Assembly: GCA_028288025.1 (NCBI GenBank)
Contig: JAQBOM010000014.1
Coordinates: 26,477-90,476 of the forward strand
Length of the DNA stretch: 64,000 bases
From: Mucilaginibacter sp.
GTDB lineage: Bacteria > Bacteroidota > Bacteroidia > Sphingobacteriales > Sphingobacteriaceae
Direction: 5' to 3'
How positions within the stretch are numbered: the first letter of the stretch is position 1; every line of letters begins with the position of its first letter. A program made the translations under genes and the position numbers. Of the stretch, positions 1-10,201 are shown piece after piece. The notes under the pieces are model-generated. The model ran no database searches and was not told the origin of the DNA. It saw only the letters and a program-made list of their open reading frames with translations.

Positions 1-452
1 ATTCCAAAATGCCTTTCTGCTTTTTGATTACCACGATAAACCTCAATCGTATAACTCATGGCCTGAAATGTGTGAAATGACAGTCCGATTGGTAAAAGGA
101 TCGACAAATATGGTAAACGGTTTGTCAATCCAAATCCATGAAGCAGAAACGACATGTTTTCATTGATAAAATTATAATATTTAAAAACAGCGAGAATCCC
201 TATGTTGGCAATCAAACTACACACCAAAAATAATTTTCTGCGGCTTCCTGTTGAGGTTTCGATAAATATCCCTGCAAAATAATCGATGATAATGGTGAAC
301 CCTAGTATCAAAATATAAAGAGGCACAAAAGCCATATAGAAATAACAACTGCTTGTCAGCAAAAGCAGCCATCGAAATTTATAAGGTAGAGCAAAATATA
401 AAGAGGTAACAGCAATAAAAAAAATCAGGAATTGAAACGAATTGAAAAGCAT
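1..452 (-). CDS. MBOAT-family membrane O-acyltransferase (AlgI/DltB-like), N-terminal ~150 codons; gene continues beyond the left edge
   Basis: Hand translation of the minus strand from ATG (complement of 450-452) gives MLFNSFQFLIFFIAVTSLYFALPYKFRWLLLLTSSCYFYMAFVPLYILILGFTIIIDYFAG...GLSFHTFQAMSYTIEVYRGNQKAERHF, open to base 1. The hydrophobic multi-pass N-terminus and the SFHTFQxxSYxIxVYRG stretch are what I recognise from AlgI/DltB-type MBOAT enzymes. It is absent from the ORF track because the window truncates it. Confidence 0.7.
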   Translation of the reverse strand, partial: MLFNSFQFLIFFIAVTSLYFALPYKFRWLLLLTSSCYFYMAFVPLYILILGFTIIIDYFAGIFIETSTGSRRKLFLVCSLIANIGILAVFKYYNFINENMSFLLHGFGLTNRLPYLSILLPIGLSFHTFQAMSYTIEVYRGNQKAERHFG

Positions 453-688
453 TAGATTATAGATGTGTTATTGTGATTCACTCAGAGGTTTAGGTTAAGT
501 TTGTTGACGTAAAAAAGCTAATGACTATTCACTCACTGGCGTATAAGCGTAACTTTCGAATCTCAATAATACAAAAGTTAAAGACAAAAGGCGACAACAA
601 CACTCAATTAATGCCGGTTCAGCAGTCATTTGACGGAAAAATTTTATCTTTCGCGTTTCCACTTTGTTTAATTGAAGTTACAGTTCAC

Positions 689-1759
689 ATGAAAGTTCTT
701 TTTATATTACCATACCCGCTTGACCGGGCGCCATCGCAGCGATTTCGTGTGGAGAAGTTACTTCCGCTGCTGGGTGATGCCGGCATTGACTACACGCTCA
801 GGCCGTTTATGACTGAAGCCACGTGGAATATACTGTACAGGGGTGGCTCCCGGGTTCAAAAAGTGGCAGGTATTGTAAAAGGGTATGCTCAAAGGGCTTA
901 TACAGTATTATTTGAGGCCTCAAATTACGACAAAGTATTTATTCATCGCGAGGCGGCACCTTTAGGCCCGCCGGTATTTGAATGGTACCTGGCTAAAATA
1001 TTGCGAAAACCTATTATTTATGATTTTGATGACGCGATCTGGATGCCTAATACATCTGCCCAAAATCGTCTGGCCGGGTTTTTCAAGGCATTTTGGAAAG
1101 TTGCGTTTATATGCAGGTGGTCTGTGTCGATTTCTGCCGGTAATAAGTATCTAGCGGAGTTTGCAAAAAATAACAGTGCCGCAAAGATTACCGTTATGCC
1201 TACTGTTGTTGACACAGTCAATCAATATAGCTTAATAAAACAACAGCGATCGGGAAAAGTAACGGTGGGCTGGACGGGCAGCCATTCCACTTTAAAATAT
1301 CTCGATTTAATCATTCCGATATTGCAAAGGTTACAGGACGAATTTGACTTCACATTTTTGGTTATTGCCGACAAGAACCCTGACCTGCCCCTAACAAACG
1401 TATTATACCTTCCGTGGAACCCCGCCACAGAAATAAAAGACCTCGTAAAGATCGACATCGGTGTAATGCCGCTTACTGAAGATTTGTGGGCAGAAGGCAA
1501 ATGCGGCTTCAAACTTATTCAATACCTGGCATCTGGAATACCTGCTGTCGCCCAACCAGTTGGTGTAAATAAGGAAATTATTGAGCACGGTATTAACGGA
1601 TTTATCTGTTCAACCCCCGATGAATGGTATAGCTGCTTAAAGAAGCTTATTGAAGACGTGGAATTAAGGAAAATGTTCGGAGGACAGGGGCGGCTAAAAA
1701 TAATTAATGAATATAGTATTACGGCTAATACAGATAAATTTCTAAGCCTTTTCAAATAA
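689..1759 (+). CDS. Glycosyltransferase, GT-B fold (GT1/GT4-like)
   Basis: Track ORF 521..1759. I prefer the internal ATG at 689 (MKVLFILPYPLDRAPSQRFRVEKLL...), a typical GT N-terminus. The C-terminal EGKCGFKLIQYLASGIPAVAQPVGVNKEIIEHGINGF is the GT-B nucleotide-sugar binding signature. Confidence 0.8.
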   Translation: MKVLFILPYPLDRAPSQRFRVEKLLPLLGDAGIDYTLRPFMTEATWNILYRGGSRVQKVAGIVKGYAQRAYTVLFEASNYDKVFIHREAAPLGPPVFEWYLAKILRKPIIYDFDDAIWMPNTSAQNRLAGFFKAFWKVAFICRWSVSISAGNKYLAEFAKNNSAAKITVMPTVVDTVNQYSLIKQQRSGKVTVGWTGSHSTLKYLDLIIPILQRLQDEFDFTFLVIADKNPDLPLTNVLYLPWNPATEIKDLVKIDIGVMPLTEDLWAEGKCGFKLIQYLASGIPAVAQPVGVNKEIIEHGINGFICSTPDEWYSCLKKLIEDVELRKMFGGQGRLKIINEYSITANTDKFLSLFK

Positions 1760-1884
1760 ATCAATATCGACATCCCGGGTCGCACAACGCTTGTTCCGTT
1801 CACGTTAATGAAAAAAGATGAACGTATAGGTCACTAAAAAACAATATCTTCACCACTTATTTTTTTAAATACAGCTGCTTTTTA

Positions 1885-3795
1885 ATGTGCGGAATTAACG
1901 GAGTAATTTATAAAGAGCCTATACAACACATCTTTTCGAAAATAAACCTGATGGATGACATGATCATTCATCGCGGACCGGATGATGAAGGTACTTACAC
2001 TTTTGAAAATCGCATTGCTATGGGTATGCGAAGGTTGTCGATTATTGATCTTGAACATGGCAAACAACCAATGTATAGCGATGACAAAAACCTGGTTGTT
2101 GTTTTTAACGGCGAAATTTATAACTTTTTAGAGTTAAAGAAAGATTTGGAGGGTGCCGGAGTAAGGTTTTACACCGGTTCGGATACCGAAGTTATACTCA
2201 GGCTTTATGAAATATATGGTAAAAAGAGCTTTGTCATGCTTAATGGTATGTTTGCTTTTTCCATTCATGACAAGATAAAGAATGAAATGATTATTGTAAG
2301 GGATCGTTTTGGAGAAAAACCGTTATATTATACTGTTGACAAAGACCGTTTCATGTATGCTTCGGAACTTAAAAGTATAGTTAAAATAGCTCCTGAAGTA
2401 AAAGTGATTTCCGAAAAATCATTATTTCTCTACTTTACACTAACTTATATTCCCGCTCCATATACAGTATATACAAACGTTTTTAAATTAAAGGCTGGTA
2501 ACTATATAACCATTAATACGCAGTCGCTTGAGGTAGAAGAACAAACATATTGGGATATAAACTTACAAAGTGATATTAAATTTGAGGATTATGTTTCTGC
2601 AAAAAAACAGTTAAGAACCTTGCTTTTTGATTCGGTAGAGAAGCGGATGATCGCCGACGTACCTATAGGGGTGTTTTTAAGCGGCGGGGTCGATTCTACC
2701 ATTATAGCTGCCATAATGAGCAAGGTATCGGGTAAAAAAATAAATACCTTTTCAATAGGTTATGAAAATAAACGGTATGACGAATCAAAACGGGCGCGGA
2801 TAGTATCAGATCACATTAATTCTCTCCATCATGAATATATCTTAGATTATAACGACATCCTGGATAAGGTTGATGATATTATATTAAACTATGATGAACC
2901 GTTCGCCGATTCATCGTGTCTTCCAACCTATTATGTTTCCAAACAAACCGCTAACCATGTAAAAGTTGCTTTAACAGGAGATGGGGGCGACGAGGTGTTT
3001 GGCGGGTATAATAAGTATCAGATACATTCGTACGGCAAAACTTATGAGAGCTTAGTGCCCGAAATAATTCATAAAAGAGTTATAAAGCCGTTTTTTAACA
3101 GCGCAGCCAGGGCTGCCAATTCAAAAAGCCCTTTTGCGAAGATGAAAAAAATGGTGAATGCATTAGGTCGCGATGTGGTGTCAAATCATCTAAATATTAT
3201 TTCGTTAGGTTTTCAAAAAGAGCAACTGCTAATGCTTTTTAATAATAAATCAACATTTGAAGGTATGAGCCTGGGCGACGTCTTTTCGTTCCCTTCCTCC
3301 ACAAACAGCCGGTTAAAACTTGCCAGATATATCGACAAGGATATTTCACTGGAAGGTGACATGCTTGTAAAAGTGGACCGGGCGAGCATGTTGTGTTCGC
3401 TTGAATGCCGGGCGCCTTTCCTTGACCATCGTTTAATGGAATTTACCTATCAGATACCGGATGAGTTTCTGATTAAAGGGAGCAATAAGAAGCGGATATT
3501 GAAGGATACGTTTGACGACCTTTTGCCAGGTGGGTTTTTCAATTCGCCAAAATCTGGTTTTGAAATACCCGTTGGCGAGTGGTTCAGAGGAAAAATGAAA
3601 GCTGATTTGGATAAAACGTTGTCGGCCGAAAATATGGAACGGCACAACTTGCTGAATATAAATTATGTTAGGGGGTTAATATCGGAACACGTGTCATTGA
3701 AAGCAGATCATTCATGGCAATTGTGGACCTTGTATTGCTTTCAAAAGTGGTACAATAAAAATCTAATTTATGCCGAAAATACTGCGAATTCTTAA
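1885..3795 (+). CDS. asnB: Asparagine synthase (glutamine-hydrolysing) paralogue of the polysaccharide-locus type
   Basis: 636 aa. It has an MCGI N-terminal nucleophile Cys (Ntn amidotransferase) and an SGGVDS PP-loop (FLSGGVDSTIIAA). It sits among glycan genes. Confidence 0.9.
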   Translation: MCGINGVIYKEPIQHIFSKINLMDDMIIHRGPDDEGTYTFENRIAMGMRRLSIIDLEHGKQPMYSDDKNLVVVFNGEIYNFLELKKDLEGAGVRFYTGSDTEVILRLYEIYGKKSFVMLNGMFAFSIHDKIKNEMIIVRDRFGEKPLYYTVDKDRFMYASELKSIVKIAPEVKVISEKSLFLYFTLTYIPAPYTVYTNVFKLKAGNYITINTQSLEVEEQTYWDINLQSDIKFEDYVSAKKQLRTLLFDSVEKRMIADVPIGVFLSGGVDSTIIAAIMSKVSGKKINTFSIGYENKRYDESKRARIVSDHINSLHHEYILDYNDILDKVDDIILNYDEPFADSSCLPTYYVSKQTANHVKVALTGDGGDEVFGGYNKYQIHSYGKTYESLVPEIIHKRVIKPFFNSAARAANSKSPFAKMKKMVNALGRDVVSNHLNIISLGFQKEQLLMLFNNKSTFEGMSLGDVFSFPSSTNSRLKLARYIDKDISLEGDMLVKVDRASMLCSLECRAPFLDHRLMEFTYQIPDEFLIKGSNKKRILKDTFDDLLPGGFFNSPKSGFEIPVGEWFRGKMKADLDKTLSAENMERHNLLNINYVRGLISEHVSLKADHSWQLWTLYCFQKWYNKNLIYAENTANS

Positions 3796-4960
3796 CCGGC
3801 TCAATGTCGGTGGCCCTACTTATAACGTAGCATATCTCTCGAAATATTTGGATGACTCATATGAAACAAGGGTGCTGGCTGGTCATAAAGACTTGCATGA
3901 AGGCAGTTCGGCTTATGTGTTAAACGATCTGGGCGTTGCCTTTGACTATGTTCCGGGTATGTTCAGGCAGTTGAACCCGGCGAATGACTTGCGCGCCTAC
4001 CGGTTTATACAGGATGTGGTCAATCAATACAAGCCCGATATTGTGCATACCCATGCAGCAAAGGCAGGTGCCCTGGGCAGGATGGCCGCATATTACAGTA
4101 AAAACAGGCCCAAAGCAATTATTCATACCTATCATGGCAATGTGTTCGAGGGCTATTTTTCACCACTTAAAACCCGGATTTTTTTATGGGTTGAGCGCTA
4201 CCTTTGCAAGCTAAGCACAGTAATTATTGCCATCAGCGAAGTGCAAAAACGGGATATGGTAGAAAAGTATAAGCTGGCACCGGCGGAAAAAATCCACGTT
4301 ATCAGATTGGGTTTTGATCTTCAGAAATTCCAGGATGACCGCACCGTAAAGCGGAAACAATTTCGTGATTTTTATCGGCTCAATTCTAATACTGTGGTAG
4401 TAAGTATAATAGGAAGATTAGCCCCTGTTAAGAATCACACTTTATTCATTGATGTTGTAAAATATCTTAAAAAGAAGGATCCTTCAATGAATATAAAATT
4501 TTTCATCATTGGAGATGGGGAATCGCGTGGCAGTATTATTTCCATGATACAAAATTATGGTCTGAGTTACTGTTTGCCGGAAGACGATAATTATGAGGCC
4601 GACATTGTATTTACCTCCTGGAGAAAGGATATTGATGTTGTAAACGCGGGTTCGGACATAATAGCACTAACTTCATTAAACGAGGGCACCCCGGTCAGTA
4701 TCATTGAAGCAATGGCATCTGGCAAGGCTGTAATAAGCACCGATGTTGGTGGTATAAGGGATATAATATCCGATGGCAATAGTGGTATAATATCGGATGT
4801 AGATATATTTGCTTTTGCCGAAAATTTGTATAAATTAGTTGCTGATAAATTATTGAGGGACCATCTTGCAGCAAATGGAGAGGTTTTTGTACTAAATAAC
4901 TATTCTTATAGAAGGCTCATTAAGGATATTGAGCAGTTATATAAGAATATACTGGCATAA
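3770..4960 (+). CDS. Glycosyltransferase family 4 (GT-B)
   Basis: 396 aa. N-terminal LNVGGPTYNV and C-terminal LNEGTPVSIIEAMASGKAVISTDVGGIRDII (E-x7-E type motif). It overlaps the asnB end by 26 nt, which is consistent with one operon. Confidence 0.85.
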   Translation: MPKILRILNRLNVGGPTYNVAYLSKYLDDSYETRVLAGHKDLHEGSSAYVLNDLGVAFDYVPGMFRQLNPANDLRAYRFIQDVVNQYKPDIVHTHAAKAGALGRMAAYYSKNRPKAIIHTYHGNVFEGYFSPLKTRIFLWVERYLCKLSTVIIAISEVQKRDMVEKYKLAPAEKIHVIRLGFDLQKFQDDRTVKRKQFRDFYRLNSNTVVVSIIGRLAPVKNHTLFIDVVKYLKKKDPSMNIKFFIIGDGESRGSIISMIQNYGLSYCLPEDDNYEADIVFTSWRKDIDVVNAGSDIIALTSLNEGTPVSIIEAMASGKAVISTDVGGIRDIISDGNSGIISDVDIFAFAENLYKLVADKLLRDHLAANGEVFVLNNYSYRRLIKDIEQLYKNILA

Positions 4961-5013
4961 TAAATACATGCCTCAATAGTAGTATACACTAAACTCTTAC
5001 ACAAAAGGCTGAA

Positions 5014-5958
5014 ATGGTAAAAATTTTAATTACGGGTGGGGCCGGTAATATCGGTAGTTCTCTTGCCGAAAAGCTAATTCAAAACAATAACTATTATGTT
5101 GTAATCGCTGATAATCTGTTAACCGGATCGTTGGATAAATTGCCCTATCCAGCAGCAAATAACCTTAAATTCATTAAATGTGATGTAAACAACTATCAAG
5201 ACCTGGCTGCTATAATGCTGGCCCATGGATTCGATTACGTATTTCATTACGCTGCCATGGTAGGTGTTAAACGTACCCTTAATAACCCGATGGGTGTGCT
5301 TCGGGATATTGAAGGAATTAAGAACGTTTTATCGCTTTCTAAAAATACTTCTGTTAAACGGGTGTTTTATTCATCATCATCAGAAGTATATGGGGAACCG
5401 GTAGAATTTCCCCAAAATGAGCAAACAACTCCCCTAAATTCCAAGCTGCCTTATGCTATTGTAAAAAATGTTGGAGAAGCATTCTTTAAATCGTACAAAA
5501 AAGAATATGGTCTTGATTATACTATTTTCAGATTCTTTAACACCTACGGGCCTAAACAAAGTAAAGATTTTGTGGTATCCAAGTTTATATATGCAGCTGT
5601 GAATAATCATGATATAACGATTTTTGGAGACGGGTCTCAAACGCGTACCTTTTGTTATATTGACGATAATATTGATGCAACTATTGAAATTTTTGAACGC
5701 GGCATGTTTGTGAATGAGGTAATAAATCTGGGAAGTTCACTTGAGATTTCCATATTTGAGTTGGCGCAATTGGTGATTCGGGTAACGGAATCTTCGTCAA
5801 AAATTATTCATCTGGAAGCCTTAAAAGAGGGGGATATGACACGTCGTCAACCGGATAACTCAAAAATGAAGAAAGTATTGCGGCGCGATCTTATAACGAT
5901 TGAAGAAGGGATAAAAAATATGATAAATATGCAGTTTAGCTCATTGGTTAATAATTAG
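5014..5958 (+). CDS. NAD-dependent sugar-nucleotide epimerase/dehydratase (extended SDR)
   Basis: 314 aa. It has ITGGAGNIGSSL (GxxGxxG), SSSEVYG and a YAIVK (YxxxK) catalytic motif. Confidence 0.85.
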   Translation: MVKILITGGAGNIGSSLAEKLIQNNNYYVVIADNLLTGSLDKLPYPAANNLKFIKCDVNNYQDLAAIMLAHGFDYVFHYAAMVGVKRTLNNPMGVLRDIEGIKNVLSLSKNTSVKRVFYSSSSEVYGEPVEFPQNEQTTPLNSKLPYAIVKNVGEAFFKSYKKEYGLDYTIFRFFNTYGPKQSKDFVVSKFIYAAVNNHDITIFGDGSQTRTFCYIDDNIDATIEIFERGMFVNEVINLGSSLEISIFELAQLVIRVTESSSKIIHLEALKEGDMTRRQPDNSKMKKVLRRDLITIEEGIKNMINMQFSSLVNN

Positions 5959-5959
5959 C

Positions 5960-7789
5960 ATGTTACCAGCCGTACTACTCCCCTTTAAGCCATTTCTGGC
6001 GTTTATTGTTTCTTTTTGTGCTTGCGTGATAATTATCCCCTGGGTGATTAAACTTGCAATTTATAAGAACTGGATAGTTGCGCCCCGAGCAGATCGCTGG
6101 CATAAAAAACCTACCGCATTGATGGGAGGGATAGGCATATTTATCTCCTACAGTATTGCACTATTCATATTTAGTTTCGAAAATTTAAGCTTGATGATCT
6201 ATGCTGGCTGTTTGGGCATGTACCTTATAGGATTCTTTGATGATCTGAAAGAAGTAAAACCTGTAGTTAAGTTGTTATGCCAGTTGCTTTGCTCTTTTGC
6301 GCTAATTTATAACGGCTATTATTTTGGCGGAGGGTTATTGGGGTGGGCTGGTATCCCATTGACATTTATTTGGGTAATAGGTATCACTAATGCGATTAAC
6401 CTGCTCGACAATATGGATGGGTTAGCCGCAGGTATAAGTACTATTGTGGCAATAATTACCGGCATATTAGGGATTTTAAATAACGAAGTAAATATTTCAA
6501 TTATGGCATTTGCCATAGCCGGTTCAGCACTTGGTTTTCTGGTTTATAATTTTAAACCGGCACGAATATTCATGGGCGATTCCGGAAGTTTGTTTCTGGG
6601 CTTTTCATTGTCATTTTTAAGCATTGCGGTTCAAAAGAATAATGGATCGTCAACCGCGGTATTTGTTTTATTGATTCCAATAAGTTTGATGGCTATACCG
6701 ATAATGGACATTACACTTGTAACCGTTAAGCGACTTATTGCAGGGCGACGCATAGATCAAGGCGGTAGAGACCATACATCGCACAGGCTTGTTGCCCTGG
6801 GATTATCCGAAAAAAAGGCAGTATTAACATTATATCTCATAAGCGCCATTTGGGGTTTGCTGTGTGTGTTAATATATAAAGTGAAGGTCAATAACCTTTT
6901 TCTTTGTATTTCTTTGCTGGCTATCTTTTCAACTGTTTTTTCTGTACTGCTTTCCAATGTCAGAGTTTATAATGACTCCGAAGAAAGATTAACTTATCTG
7001 CGACTAAAAGGGCGAAAGACCAGTAGTAAATTTTCATTACGGTTTTTCATGTTACATAAAAAATTGATAGTGGGTATTTGTACTGATATCCTCCTTATTT
7101 ATGGTTCTTTCTTAGTGGCGGCAAATTGTATGCGAATTGAACTGGATGATAACTACATTGTTTTGGGCTTATTTATTTGCGTAAAGGTTTCTGTATTTTA
7201 TTTTTCGAATTTATATAACCGATTGGTCAGATATATTGCTGTAATTGAGTTGTCGGGTTATTTTGCTGCAACATCATTGGCAACTATAATTTTGGGTGGT
7301 ATTTTATTTTTTAAAGGTAAGATAGACGAATATTCCCTGTATTTTTTGATGGTTGATTTTCTACTGACATTAACCGGTATGCTACTTTCGAGGTTTGCTT
7401 ACCGTTGGTTAAAGGAAATAATTGACAAAAGCAGGCAGTGTCAAAAGAAAGTGATCATTTATGGAGCAGGAGATAGGGGATATCTTTTAGTTAAGGAACT
7501 ACTGCAAAATCAAAATTATGAATTAAAACCTATAGGCTGGATAGACGACGATCAATCAAAGCATAATATGTATCTCTATGGTTTTAAGGTACACGGAGGC
7601 AGTGATCGATTGGTGGAAATATGTAAAGCCACCGGAGCCGAGGTGGTGTTGATATCGGCAAATAGTATTGACCCCGACCGCGAAAATTATTTACGCATGA
7701 TATTAGCGGATGAGAATATCGAACTTGGACGGTTTGCGATGGACATCTGCTTTAACAGCGTTATCCCAATGCGGTATGGCGTTTCCTGA
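5960..7789 (+). CDS. Polyprenyl-phosphate HexNAc-1-phosphate transferase (WecA/MraY family) fused to a CapD/WbpM-like membrane + Rossmann N-module
   Basis: 609 aa. The N-terminal half is multi-TM with NAINLLDNMDGLAAG and FMGDSGSLFLGF motifs. The C-terminal half has further TM helices and then KKVIIYGAGDRGYLLVKELL...KPIGWIDDDQSKHNMYLYGFKVHGG...VVLISANS. Confidence 0.8.
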   Translation: MLPAVLLPFKPFLAFIVSFCACVIIIPWVIKLAIYKNWIVAPRADRWHKKPTALMGGIGIFISYSIALFIFSFENLSLMIYAGCLGMYLIGFFDDLKEVKPVVKLLCQLLCSFALIYNGYYFGGGLLGWAGIPLTFIWVIGITNAINLLDNMDGLAAGISTIVAIITGILGILNNEVNISIMAFAIAGSALGFLVYNFKPARIFMGDSGSLFLGFSLSFLSIAVQKNNGSSTAVFVLLIPISLMAIPIMDITLVTVKRLIAGRRIDQGGRDHTSHRLVALGLSEKKAVLTLYLISAIWGLLCVLIYKVKVNNLFLCISLLAIFSTVFSVLLSNVRVYNDSEERLTYLRLKGRKTSSKFSLRFFMLHKKLIVGICTDILLIYGSFLVAANCMRIELDDNYIVLGLFICVKVSVFYFSNLYNRLVRYIAVIELSGYFAATSLATIILGGILFFKGKIDEYSLYFLMVDFLLTLTGMLLSRFAYRWLKEIIDKSRQCQKKVIIYGAGDRGYLLVKELLQNQNYELKPIGWIDDDQSKHNMYLYGFKVHGGSDRLVEICKATGAEVVLISANSIDPDRENYLRMILADENIELGRFAMDICFNSVIPMRYGVS

Positions 7790-7860
7790 TCTAAAGAGTG
7801 GTAACTGGAGCCCCAATAGTCTGGACATCTTCTTCATCGTTTTACACGATACCTTGCACA

Positions 7861-9276
7861 CTATCCGTTGATGCCTCTTGGGTTTTCGATAGCATTTTCA
7901 CCAACAACAAAATGTTCAGTGTTATCAAAGTTCTTAATTCGTTTTAAGTAAAACGTATTCTTCCTTTTTTTGCCTTTTTCAAGAATAATAAATAGTCCAG
8001 CCATTAAGAAAGGTATTGCCGGAATTTTGTATCGTACCAACGTACCAAAATTACTTGTTGAAAATCCGATAGCAAACGAAAAAACCAGGCCGAATATGAG
8101 GCAAAACATGACAAGGGGAACCTGACCGATTACCCTGAACATTCCTTGAACACCATTTCTTAAAATTATAAGGGTTAGAATATACAAAATATATAAACTC
8201 TCGAGCGATGACAGCGCCATAAAAAATGTTTTTATTTCCCATAAAAACGGGCGGAAAATAACCGTAGTGATAGCCAAAGGAATTATCTCAACAACTTTTA
8301 AAGTCGACATATTGTCTGTAATGCCAATGTTTACAGTAGAGTTACTTCCAACCTGCTTATTGGCGTTAGATGCAGCTGCACTGCTTATTATTTCATTTGT
8401 CTTAAAATCCTTGTGTTGAGAGCCGATGACGTTAACTATATCATAACAAATGGCAGCTATCAGTATTAATAAAACGGGAAGCGCCATCATCCTTAAAAAG
8501 GGTATCTGAATTTTACTCCGATATTGAAAAAATATCCAAAATGTAAGGCTGGGCAGAAATGCCAGACCTATATATGCCTTAACAACCACTATTACAAATA
8601 TACTGATGGTAACTATTATTATCGAAACCATTAGCCTTTTCCGCAATATAAATAGCATGTAGGATCCATAAAACAACCAGCATAACGCGGTAAAGGTAAT
8701 GGTGTCTTTTAAAATACCCGACCCCCAAAAAAATATCGACGGCATAAACAAAAATGCTATTGCAAACTGCTTATGTAACTTTGGGTATATATGTACAAAA
8801 ACCGTATATGCTCGCCATACTCCCGTAAATGAAATGGCTGCCAACAAGGCAGCACATGGCAAATACGTGTTAAAGGTTAATAATTGAAGTATGGATGTCA
8901 CCCGGATAGGGAAGAAATTAGACTCATTGTAAGCAAAAAGAGTATCAGTCCAATTTACTTGACTTCTTAGTTGTAAAGTGGAGATTATTGGCTTAAACAC
9001 CAGATCGATAAACGTATTTAAATCTGTTGAAAAATAATTAGAAACGATCTTCGAGTTTCTAAAGTACTGGAAAGTATCACCGCCGTTATAATAATATTGA
9101 TAAATCAGGCCCAAACTAATTGCACCCAAAAGCTTTACTGAAAGAGCCGGAATATAATATTGATATATTGGATTTTTAGCAGCGTATTTCCTGTTGCGTT
9201 TAGTGTAAGCTACCATGTAGATAATAACAAGATAAACAGGTAATAAAATAAAATCTGTTATTTGTATAGAATTCAT
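7861..9276 (-). CDS. Polytopic membrane protein at the end of the glycan cluster (possibly polymerase-type; function not assignable)
   Basis: 471-aa ORF with roughly 10 or more hydrophobic helices and no soluble-domain motif that I recognise. The polymerase suggestion rests on position only. Confidence 0.55.
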   Translation of the reverse strand: MNSIQITDFILLPVYLVIIYMVAYTKRNRKYAAKNPIYQYYIPALSVKLLGAISLGLIYQYYYNGGDTFQYFRNSKIVSNYFSTDLNTFIDLVFKPIISTLQLRSQVNWTDTLFAYNESNFFPIRVTSILQLLTFNTYLPCAALLAAISFTGVWRAYTVFVHIYPKLHKQFAIAFLFMPSIFFWGSGILKDTITFTALCWLFYGSYMLFILRKRLMVSIIIVTISIFVIVVVKAYIGLAFLPSLTFWIFFQYRSKIQIPFLRMMALPVLLILIAAICYDIVNVIGSQHKDFKTNEIISSAAASNANKQVGSNSTVNIGITDNMSTLKVVEIIPLAITTVIFRPFLWEIKTFFMALSSLESLYILYILTLIILRNGVQGMFRVIGQVPLVMFCLIFGLVFSFAIGFSTSNFGTLVRYKIPAIPFLMAGLFIILEKGKKRKNTFYLKRIKNFDNTEHFVVGENAIENPRGING

Positions 9277-9559
9277 TTCTTAGCTTAAAGTGGTTCCGGG
9301 AAAGAGTGAGATATTTGCCCCAAAAGTACTTATTTTCATCTGATTGTATTGCCTCGTTATTATAGAATTAAGCTAAAAGTCAAAATCGTTTCAATCTTTC
9401 CTTGCCAGGGATAAATTACAATTGGCCATTAACTGGTTTAAAGCCGGTATCCAGGCTGCACCCTGTTTGATCGTTGTAATAACGCCGGAAATCAGGCTTT
9501 ACGTTTGGTGCTATTATTGCTTATAGCACCTCGGCATCAAATTGCCAATGCAGTATTAT

Positions 9560-9928
9560 ATGAAGATTAAAGTACTTATAATTGAAGATGAACCGGTAAT
9601 AGCAGAAATGATCAGCATGATACTCGAGGACGAAGGGTTTGAGGTGATCAGTTTAAGCGACACCGGCTGGGCAAGGTACAAATTACAGGCGAAAGAAGTA
9701 AGCCTTGTTATGCTTGATCTAAAGCTCAAAGGCGAAGGCGGGGAATCGATATGTAAGTATATTAAGACTCATCATGACCTAAAAAGCATACCCGTGATCC
9801 TGGTATCGGGCAGCGAGGATATTGAAGAAATTAAAGAAAAGTGCGGAGCCGACGACCTTATCCGGAAACCTTTTGAACTAAACCATTTTATAAGTAAGGT
9901 GCATGCGTATACGAGTATCATAAATTAA
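9560..9928 (+). CDS. Single-domain response regulator (receiver only)
   Basis: Track ORF 9542..9928; the likely start is ATG 9560 (MKIKVLIIEDEPVIAEM...). It carries the receiver motifs DE...MLDLKL...K. Confidence 0.8.
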   Translation: MKIKVLIIEDEPVIAEMISMILEDEGFEVISLSDTGWARYKLQAKEVSLVMLDLKLKGEGGESICKYIKTHHDLKSIPVILVSGSEDIEEIKEKCGADDLIRKPFELNHFISKVHAYTSIIN

Positions 9929-10201
9929 ACGGCCCTTTTCAGCAACACCATTAATAGTTGGCTTACAAATGGCCATTTTCCCCCGGTCATTTTTATATCA
10001 TTTTTTTTACGTTTTATTACGATAATCAGGCGGTTCAGGTTAGGCCTTATCTCAGCAGGCATAGTGGTCTCGCAATATTTACAAGCGGATTACCAAGAAA
10101 ATTTTTGCGCCACTTATTTTAGCTGCCGATTATTCTAAGCCGGGCTCAAACATCGTGTCGCGATTGTTTCTGCTAAACGGTGATGATCGAAAGGGGTTAA
10201 A

